From a virus (lineage: Duplodnaviria > Heunggongvirae > Uroviricota > Caudoviricetes), in the IMG/VR virus record IMGVR_UViG_2778261504_000009, positions 1-6,021 of that record: DNA of 6,021 bases. One strand, 5' to 3'. The notes below the pieces were generated by a model, which saw only the letters and a list, made by a program, of their open reading frames with translations, was not told the DNA's origin and searched no databases. A program made the position numbers and the translations under genes. This document shows, one piece after another, positions 1 to 5,020 of this stretch (positions within the stretch are counted from its first letter, which is position 1; every line of letters begins with the position of its first letter).

Positions 1-926
1 TCGCAGTACTGGCCGATGACATACAGCGCCCATTTGTCCACATCCGCCGCACCAAGACGTTTCCCCATGCCGTAGCGTGGATGGGTCAGCATATCCCACA
101 GACACCAGGCCATGTTATTGCTGTATGCTGGCTTAAACGTTCCGTCCCAGATACCGCTGTATTGCCGAGTCTGCGGGTTATAGTTCGACGGCACCTGCAG
201 AATACGCCCGCGCAGATGATAATTACGGCTCACCTGCTGGCTGCCGAACTGCTCCGAATCCACCTGTACGCCGACCAGTGCCGTGTTCGGGTAGCACTGT
301 TTCACATCGATGATTTCGGTGTATGACGACCAGAGCGTTTTGTTCTGCAGCTGGTCTGTGGTGCTGTCCGGCGTCATCCTGCGCATCCGGATATTGAACG
401 GGCGCGGCGGCAGGTCACCCACCACCACCGAGGCCAGATACTGCGACGTGGTTTTGCCCTTAATGGTGATGTCTTTTTCCGTCACCCAGCCACCGTTACG
501 CTGTATCTGAACCAGCAGGCGGACTTCCGATGGATTCCTGTCCCCCTTTGAAGTGGTTTCCACCAGTGCCTGCACACCGAAGGTAAAGCGCAGACGGTCG
601 ATGTTTGCCGACGTAATGGTCCGGGTAATCGGCGTGTCGTACTTCACCTCCGTACCCAGCACCGTCTCGGAGTCGGAGGATTCAAATCCCTCCGGCGGTG
701 TCTGCTCCTGCTCACCAGCCCGGAACACCACCGTGACACCGGAGATATTGGTATTCCCCTCACTGTCCAGCACTGGCGTACTGTTCAGCAGCACACTTTT
801 TAATCCCTCCACCGGACCTTCAATCGGCCCTTCACTGATGGCGTCTATCACGCTCAGCAGCGGGGATGATTTCAGGTTGTCCTTCGCTTCGCGCGGGGTA
901 TGCCCCTTACTGCTGCCTTTACCCAT
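1..926 (-). CDS. J: Tail tip / host-specificity protein J, N-terminal ~308 codons; gene runs off the window at position 1
   Basis: Not in the ORF track because no stop lies in the window. Reverse complement from ATG (complement of 924..926) reads MGKGSSKGHTPREAKDNLKSSPLLSVIDAISEGPIEGPVEGLKSVLLNST..., and near the window edge ...RQYSGIWDGTFKPAYSNNMAWCLWDMLTHPRYGMGKRLGAADVDKWALYVIGQYC, which matches lambda gpJ as I remember it. Sits 60 nt downstream of the I stop, as in lambda. Confidence 0.9.
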   Translation of the reverse strand, partial: MGKGSSKGHTPREAKDNLKSSPLLSVIDAISEGPIEGPVEGLKSVLLNSTPVLDSEGNTNISGVTVVFRAGEQEQTPPEGFESSDSETVLGTEVKYDTPITRTITSANIDRLRFTFGVQALVETTSKGDRNPSEVRLLVQIQRNGGWVTEKDITIKGKTTSQYLASVVVGDLPPRPFNIRMRRMTPDSTTDQLQNKTLWSSYTEIIDVKQCYPNTALVGVQVDSEQFGSQQVSRNYHLRGRILQVPSNYNPQTRQYSGIWDGTFKPAYSNNMAWCLWDMLTHPRYGMGKRLGAADVDKWALYVIGQYC

Positions 927-986
927 TCCTCTCGCTCCAGAAACGACAAAACCGCCCGCAGGCGGTTTCACATAAAACATTTTGCA

Positions 987-1628
987 TCAGCGACCAATCA
1001 CCACAACCTGACCACCATCCCCTTCGTCTGCCGTGCTGATTTCCTGCGAAATTACCCGTGACCCCACACGCATTTCACCGTACAGAACAGGCAGAACATT
1101 GCCCTGGGCAACCATGTTATCCAGTGATGAGAAATACGTGTTCTGCTTACCGTTATCCGTGCTGGTCGTTGTTGCGGTACTCGCTTTCGGTGCCAGCATC
1201 TGTGCAACACCGCCAAGCGTCATCGCTGCACCCATTGAAAAGAGAATGTCACTGAAAGCGATACTGATCCCCGGCATCCAGATTGCCGTAGCAATCAACG
1301 CCGCACCCAGCACCGCCTGAAACACACCGCCACTTTTTGCTCCCGCAAGACGCGGCACGATGTGGATCACGGCACCATTTGCCAGCGGCTCATTAAGACG
1401 GGATGATAATTCGGTTTCGCCTGCATCACGCCCGGCAATCCGTACCTGATACCAGCCGTCGCTCAGTTTCTGACGAAACGCCGGGAGCTGTGTGGCCAGT
1501 GCGCGGATGGCTTCAGCCCCCGTTTTCACACGAAGGTCGATGCGGCGGCCAAATCGTTGTAAATCCCCGTAAAGGCAGATGCGTGCCATGCCCGGTGACG
1601 CCAGAGGGAGTGTGTGCGTCGCTGCCAT
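987..1628 (-). CDS. I: Tail assembly protein I (lambda gpI-like), 213 aa
   Basis: ORF-track translation MAATHTLPLASPGMARICLYGDLQRFGRRIDLRVKTGAEAIRALATQLPAFRQKL... ...NGKQNTYFSSLDNMVAQGNVLPVLYGEMRVGSRVISQEISTADEGDGGQVVVIGR matches lambda gpI N- and C-termini from memory. Its 5' end overlaps the 3' end of K by 103 nt out of frame, as in lambda. Confidence 0.9.
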   Translation of the reverse strand: MAATHTLPLASPGMARICLYGDLQRFGRRIDLRVKTGAEAIRALATQLPAFRQKLSDGWYQVRIAGRDAGETELSSRLNEPLANGAVIHIVPRLAGAKSGGVFQAVLGAALIATAIWMPGISIAFSDILFSMGAAMTLGGVAQMLAPKASTATTTSTDNGKQNTYFSSLDNMVAQGNVLPVLYGEMRVGSRVISQEISTADEGDGGQVVVIGR

Positions 1629-2263
1629 TTGTCGGTATACCTCTCTCGTTTGCTCAGTTGTTCAGGAATATGGTGCAGCAGCTCGCCGTCGCCGCAGTAA
1701 ATAGCGGCATGATTCGGCACCGATGAACCAAAACAGCACAGCAGCACATCGCCCGGCTGCGCCGCTGACAACGGCACCTGATACAGCCCCGTTGCCTCCA
1801 GATTATCCAGATAGAGATTCTGACCGTGACGCCACCAGTCATCCCCGCGATGAAAATCCGGCATCTCAATCCCCGCCAGATGGTAAGCATCCCGGAACAG
1901 TGTGTAACAGTCCGTCACCCCGTGCTCAAAGCGCCGCCCGGTGAGATGCGGCACACAGCGGAATTTATGAATCTCACCCCGGCAGACCAGCCACCACGGC
2001 AAATCACTCTGCACCTGCAGCCGCCGGTCAGCCTCACTCAGCCAGGGCAGGCCACCGGGGTGGCTGTGGACCAGCGCCACAATCTCACCCTGCATTTTGG
2101 CCTGCAGCCAGTCCTCCGGAGCCATCCGGAAATAATCCTCCGGCTCACCGGAGATATTCACGCAGGGAAAATATCTTTCCCCCTCCGGCGTTCTCACCAC
2201 GAAGCCGCACGACTCCGCTGGCGCACATCGCCGGGCGTGCGCCAATATATTGCTATAGAGCAT
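1526..2263 (-). CDS. K: Tail assembly protein K (lambda gpK-like) with MPN/JAMM and NlpC/P60 peptidase motifs; start placed at the ATG with a strong SD (245 aa)
   Basis: Translation carries a JAMM-type motif HSHPGGLPWLSEAD (HxHx7Sx2D) and NlpC/P60-like Cys/His contexts (GVTDCYTLF, SVPNHAAIY). The ORF-track start at 2302 is rejected because codons 2-13 lie inside a hairpin/U-tract (2276..2299). The ATG at 2261..2263 is preceded by AGGAG (complement of 2269..2273) with a 5-nt spacer. An internal ATG at 2123..2125 would give the 199-aa length I recall for the classical lambda K annotation, so the start is uncertain. Confidence 0.85.
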   Translation of the reverse strand: MLYSNILAHARRCAPAESCGFVVRTPEGERYFPCVNISGEPEDYFRMAPEDWLQAKMQGEIVALVHSHPGGLPWLSEADRRLQVQSDLPWWLVCRGEIHKFRCVPHLTGRRFEHGVTDCYTLFRDAYHLAGIEMPDFHRGDDWWRHGQNLYLDNLEATGLYQVPLSAAQPGDVLLCCFGSSVPNHAAIYCGDGELLHHIPEQLSKRERYTDKWQRRTHSLWRHRAWHASAFTGIYNDLAAASTFV

Positions 2264-2275
2264 GAGAACTCCTGA

Positions 2276-2299
2276 TAAAAAACCCAGCCGAAGCTGGGT
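2276..2299 (-). terminator. Putative intrinsic terminator after ant: 6-7 bp GC-rich stem, UUCG loop, U6 tract, directly 5' of the K ribosome-binding site
   Basis: Minus-strand RNA reads CCCAGC-UUCG-GCUGGG-UUUUUU-AUC-AGGAG-UUCUC-AUG. Plus strand shows cccagc (2283..2288), loop cgaa, gctggg (2293..2298), with an A6 run at 2277..2282. Confidence 0.5.
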
Positions 2300-2317
2300 C
2301 ATTTCGTTGGCAATCTG

Positions 2318-3238
2318 TTAGTAGTGATGCAGTGAAGGAGGTAATTCTTTGTTCTTAAGTCTTAGCCATGCAGAAAGATTCGTTGGTCCGTCTGGCTCAT
2401 TAATATCAATATCTCGCGTGTGATTGATTAAAACGTCTCTCGCCATTCCAATAACATACGAGAACTCATGACCGTAGTCGTAGCATCTGCAGGAATAGTT
2501 CGATTGAATTTGCTTTAGCGCCGGATACAGTTCGCGGAATAATGCCTGTGAGCGGTTAGCATAATCCCATAACCATACAAGGCTGTTTGCTTCTTTTGCA
2601 GAAAGCTCGTTGGTTTTCTTCTCTTGTTTGCCAATGAACTCACCTTCAAGCGGAACGCGAGCAGCAAGTGACAGTGCTTCGGTAAACTGCTCCTCACTAA
2701 TTTCTTTGTACGAACATCCAAAATGGGATTTCAGTGACGACCACATGGTGATCATCGCCTTCGCCTGTTTTTCTTTTGGCAGAGACTGACCGCGACTCAT
2801 GACAAGTTGTTTAATGGCTTCCTGCTGTTCAGTGGTGATTTTCCCCAGCAATGCCTTTTTAGCTTTGCGCGGGTTAATCACATGGCCTTTAGTCCAGTAC
2901 TCGTAGAGCACATCGTCACACTCTTCCTGATACTGGATTACCTTCTCGCGGATTTCAGGGCGGACTTTGTTAGGACTGATGGTTTGGAGCCAACCATTCA
3001 GTTTACGCAAAGCAAGGCAAATCATGGTCTGCATACCGCCAACTGAAGGTATTGCGATTTCCACAATACCTTTAGCAAATCTTTGTTTTAACTTTGTAAA
3101 CTGTGAAGCCCAATCCATACCCATTCCCTCAACGATAGGTTTCATTGGGGTGTACGGTTCGCCGTTGTGATTGACGACATAAAGCTCTGCGCCGTGGAAT
3201 GGCACGTTGATAGTAGATACCGCTGTTGCTATACTCAT
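2318..3238 (-). CDS. ant: Ant-like phage antirepressor (P22 immI Ant family), 306 aa from the ATG start
   Basis: Translation MSIATAVSTINVPFHGAELYVVNHNGEPYTPMKPIVEGMGMDWASQFTKLKQ... has the look of phage antirepressor proteins and sits immediately downstream of an Arc-like gene, the P22 arc-ant order. The ORF-track start at 3292 is a GTG inside a hairpin; ATG at 3236..3238 is preceded by AGGAA (complement of 3247..3251). Family assignment is from memory and context, not from a search. Confidence 0.75.
   Translation of the reverse strand: MSIATAVSTINVPFHGAELYVVNHNGEPYTPMKPIVEGMGMDWASQFTKLKQRFAKGIVEIAIPSVGGMQTMICLALRKLNGWLQTISPNKVRPEIREKVIQYQEECDDVLYEYWTKGHVINPRKAKKALLGKITTEQQEAIKQLVMSRGQSLPKEKQAKAMITMWSSLKSHFGCSYKEISEEQFTEALSLAARVPLEGEFIGKQEKKTNELSAKEANSLVWLWDYANRSQALFRELYPALKQIQSNYSCRCYDYGHEFSYVIGMARDVLINHTRDIDINEPDGPTNLSAWLRLKNKELPPSLHHY
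3207..3235 (+). promoter_or_regulatory. Near-consensus sigma70-type promoter firing antisense across the ant start (Psar-like)
   Basis: TTGATA (3207..3212), 17-bp spacer, TATACT (3230..3235), with TG at 3227..3228 giving an extended -10 (TGcTATACT). Predicted start near 3242. Confidence 0.4.
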
Positions 3239-3241
3239 TTC

Positions 3242-3312
3242 GTTAGTTCCTTGGAAGTTACTGACATAGAAGCCCGATTTGTGTTCGCGCACTGTCGGGC
3301 TTCGCTATTTTT
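3242..3312 (+). ncRNA. Candidate sar-like small antisense RNA (~70 nt) complementary to the ant SD and the arc-ant intercistronic region
   Basis: Bounded by the promoter at 3207..3235 and a hairpin with 9-bp stem gaagcccga (3269..3277) / tcgggcttc (3295..3303) followed by gcUAUUUUUAU (3304..3314). Coordinates are approximate. Size and position mirror the P22 sar RNA as I recall it. Confidence 0.35.
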
Positions 3313-3314
3313 AT
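3269..3314 (+). terminator. Hairpin plus U-rich tract in the arc-ant intercistronic region; candidate terminator for the antisense RNA
   Basis: Perfect 9-bp inverted repeat 3269..3277 / 3295..3303 with a 17-nt loop that can form an inner GUG/CAC stem, followed after 2 nt by tattttta. The U tract is not directly adjacent to the stem, hence modest confidence. Confidence 0.35.
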
Positions 3315-3478
3315 GTCCTAGCATTCTTCTCTCCAATCAGTCCGTACACTTTTCTCAATTGATAAATAAGTTCCGTGTTGAACTGTCGACACTCTTTTTC
3401 TCCATTTCTTTCAATCGCCTTCCTTACATCCTCTGGGAAACGAACCTTGCGTTGATACATGTCTTTTGCTTTTTCCAT
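3311..3478 (-). CDS. arc: Arc-like ribbon-helix-helix repressor, 55 aa (not in the ORF track)
   Basis: Hand translation of the reverse complement gives MEKAKDMYQRKVRFPEDVRKAIERNGEKECRQFNTELIYQLRKVYGLIGEKNART, stop TAA at complement of 3311..3313. Resembles P22 Arc (...FNLRWPREVLDLVRKVAEENGRSVNSEIYQRVMESF...) in the R-x-P-x-E-V strand and N-x-E-I/L-Y-Q helix. Preceded by AAGGAG (complement of 3484..3489) 5 nt before the ATG. Confidence 0.75.
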   Translation of the reverse strand: MEKAKDMYQRKVRFPEDVRKAIERNGEKECRQFNTELIYQLRKVYGLIGEKNART

Positions 3479-3495
3479 CTCCACTCCTTAAATAG

Positions 3496-3558
3496 CCTCA
3501 CTGTGGGGCAATCAAAATTGTCACACCGTGCGTCATTGAAGTCAACCCCACCGTGGGG
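3496..3558. promoter_or_regulatory. Operator-like sites: three CACYGTG cores at 25-bp phasing, two embedded in 13-bp palindromes
   Basis: Perfect palindrome ccccac-c-gtgggg (3546..3558) and near-palindrome cctcac-t-gtgggg (3496..3508) share the core CCNCACYGTGGGGCA. A third caccgtg lies at 3524..3530. The cores start at 3499, 3524 and 3549. Confidence 0.45.
3517..3545 (-). promoter_or_regulatory. Candidate Pant-like promoter for arc-ant
   Basis: On the minus strand: TTGACT (complement of 3540..3545), 17-bp spacer, GACAAT (complement of 3517..3522) preceded by TGT (extended -10 form). Predicted start near 3510, about 30 nt upstream of the arc ATG. Confidence 0.4.
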
Positions 3559-3564
3559 CATAAT
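3536..3564 (+). promoter_or_regulatory. Candidate Pmnt-like promoter for the Mnt-like gene, back-to-back with the arc-ant promoter
   Basis: TTGAAG (3536..3541), 17-bp spacer, CATAAT (3559..3564). Its -35 overlaps the -35 of the divergent minus-strand promoter by 2 bp. Confidence 0.4.
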
Positions 3565-3601
3565 TTACTTATTGTGAATTTTTCCTGTTTGGACTAATGG
3601 T

Positions 3602-3976
3602 ATGAGTAGAGAAGACCCTCAACTTCGGATTAGGCTTCCTGTTGAATTAAAAAAAATAATTGAAGCGTCATCAAAACAAAATAATCGTTCTATGAATGCT
3701 GAGATTGTCACTCTGCTTGAGTTGGCGATTCGTGTTTGTCGTGATTTTGGGCCGGAGGATGGTCCTATCGTTCAGCAGTTTAAAGAACAACTAGATGCGA
3801 TAAACAGAAAATATGATAAAAGCGAGCATGAAAAACTTATACCTCAACTTTTAGAAATCATAGAAAAACAGAAAAAACAAGTAGATAAACTTATTAGCAT
3901 GGTTGAAAGATCAATTCCTCTTTCAGAGGAATATAAGCAGAAATATCTTGGTGATGACAACAAAAAACCCACCTGA
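3602..3976 (+). CDS. mnt: Mnt-like ribbon-helix-helix repressor with an extended charged C-terminal region, 124 aa
   Basis: N-terminus MSREDPQLRIRLPVELKKIIEASSKQNNRSMNAEIVTLLELAI resembles P22 Mnt (ARDDPHFNFRMPMEVREKL...NGRSMNSELLQIVQDAL) as recalled. The C-terminal ~80 residues are K/E/Q-rich and probably helical. Divergent from arc-ant as in P22 immI. The SD is weak. Confidence 0.75.
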   Translation: MSREDPQLRIRLPVELKKIIEASSKQNNRSMNAEIVTLLELAIRVCRDFGPEDGPIVQQFKEQLDAINRKYDKSEHEKLIPQLLEIIEKQKKQVDKLISMVERSIPLSEEYKQKYLGDDNKKPT

Positions 3977-3983
3977 TGGTGGG
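3962..3983 (-). terminator. Putative intrinsic terminator 3' of L, overlapping the stop codon of the convergent Mnt-like gene
   Basis: Minus-strand RNA reads CCCACC-AUCA-GGUGGG-UUUUUUGUUGU. Plus strand shows cccacc (3968..3973), loop tgat, ggtggg (3978..3983), preceded by an A6 run (3962..3967). The mnt TGA stop (3974..3976) lies in the loop. Confidence 0.45.
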
Positions 3984-3992
3984 CATAATCCA

Positions 3993-4691
3993 TTACTGCG
4001 AAAGTTTGTTAATGGAAAGGAAGCCGCCAAAGTTGCCGACGTTATTGCGAAACTTACAGCCACTCAGGCATTTGCTGCATTTATCCTTCGTGATATCGGA
4101 CGTCGGCTGGTCATATTCATCCGCGACAGCCGGACCGTTATAACCGCACTCATCACCGCGATAGGTCCAGGTGCAGGTGTTGGCCAGCATGATACGCCCC
4201 GGAAAAACAGCGCCATCCGTTTCCGTCGGCGTGGCCAGTACAAAGGAGGCACTCACCGCGCTCAGTTCACTGCACTGCTCGATGCGCCAGCGGCTGATCA
4301 CCTCCTGCTCCGGATCGGCGTCACTGTTTCCGTTGACGAAGTTCACCGCATCCAGAAAACGGGCGTAAACCTTACGCCTGACCACCGTTCCGCCGACCAG
4401 ACTCTGCATATCTTCCACCATACCGGTGACCATGCCGTACAGGTTAGAGACTGCCAGCGTGGGCCGCGTACTGGTGCCTTTGCCATTCAGTTCAAAACCG
4501 CTCCCCTGAATGGGATACGCCTGATACTGCCTCCCCTGCCAGGTGATCGGCTCACCTTTTTCGTTCTGCTCATTACAGAAAAAATAACGTTCTCCACCGA
4601 CCTCTGTCAGGTCGATTTCCCAGAGCACCACGCTGGCCGACTGCTCCGCACGGGTGCATTCATTCAGTGTTTCCTGCCGGATATCCTGCAT
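3993..4691 (-). CDS. L: Tail tip protein L (lambda gpL-like), 232 aa
   Basis: Translation MQDIRQETLNECTRAEQSASVVLWEIDLTEVGGERYFFCNEQNEKGEP...CSKCLSGCKFRNNVGNFGGFLSINKLSQ matches lambda gpL from memory. Start overlaps the M stop by 1 nt (TGATG). Confidence 0.9.
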   Translation of the reverse strand: MQDIRQETLNECTRAEQSASVVLWEIDLTEVGGERYFFCNEQNEKGEPITWQGRQYQAYPIQGSGFELNGKGTSTRPTLAVSNLYGMVTGMVEDMQSLVGGTVVRRKVYARFLDAVNFVNGNSDADPEQEVISRWRIEQCSELSAVSASFVLATPTETDGAVFPGRIMLANTCTWTYRGDECGYNGPAVADEYDQPTSDITKDKCSKCLSGCKFRNNVGNFGGFLSINKLSQ

Positions 4692-5020
4692 CAGTTCACC
4701 ACCTGTTCAAACTCTGCGCTGAACTCAACACGCAGCATACTGACCCGCGACGACCATTTTGCGCAGGTCACCTTTATCTGCCGCCACTCATAAGGCGGCG
4801 TCCACAGAAAGGCTTTCCAGCCCCCGTGCTCTTCCAGAAACGACTCCAGTACCGTGGCCTCCTCACGGGGGACAGAAAGCGTCACGCTGTACGTTTTCAG
4901 GTTGGCATTCAGCCCGGCAGGCGCTCGCTGGGAATAGCCATCACCAAAGCGCACCTTTCTTACAGAAGGGGCCGAAGCCACATCCATACCGGGTTTCACT
5001 TTCCAGCGGAAGGTTTTCAT
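4691..5020 (-). CDS. M: Tail tip protein M (lambda gpM-like), 109 aa
   Basis: Translation MKTFRWKVKPGMDVASAPSVRKVRFGDGYSQRAPAGLNANLKTYSVTLSVPREEATVLESFLEEHGGWKAFLWTPPYEWRQIKVTCAKWSSRVSMLRVEFSAEFEQVVN matches lambda gpM from memory. ATGA overlap with the H stop. Confidence 0.9.
   Translation of the reverse strand: MKTFRWKVKPGMDVASAPSVRKVRFGDGYSQRAPAGLNANLKTYSVTLSVPREEATVLESFLEEHGGWKAFLWTPPYEWRQIKVTCAKWSSRVSMLRVEFSAEFEQVVN

Noticed and set aside
81-975. Plus-strand ORFs 81..326, 310..510 and 553..975
   Set aside because: They lie antisense to the J N-terminal coding region, which reads cleanly as gpJ on the minus strand. No SD or recognisable protein features.
1033-2275. Plus-strand ORFs 1033..1320, 1058..1255, 1403..1726, 1723..1944, 1826..2275 and minus-strand 1654..1890
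   Set aside because: All are antisense or alternate frames within K and I. Their translations are low-complexity (Arg/Pro/Cys-rich), typical of out-of-frame reading of GC-rich coding DNA.
2303-3292. Longer ORF-track starts: K at 2302 (258 aa) and ant at GTG 3292 (324 aa)
   Set aside because: The 2302 start puts K codons 2-13 inside the terminator hairpin and lacks an SD; the SD-ATG is at 2263. The 3292 start is a GTG inside the intercistronic hairpin; ATG 3238 has an AGGAA SD.
3496-3562. The two ~15-bp direct repeats (CCNCACYGTGGGGCA) as insertion-sequence ends or attachment-site duplications
   Set aside because: They are only 50 bp apart, internally palindromic and inside a divergent promoter region, so they fit repressor operators better than mobile-element termini. 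No transposase or integrase gene is present in the window.
2515-3577. ORFs 2515..2721 (-), 2807..3046 (+), 2967..3170 (+) and 3167..3577 (+)
   Set aside because: They sit in other frames or antisense to ant and arc. 3167..3577 spans the control region and the arc gene antisense and would cross promoter elements.
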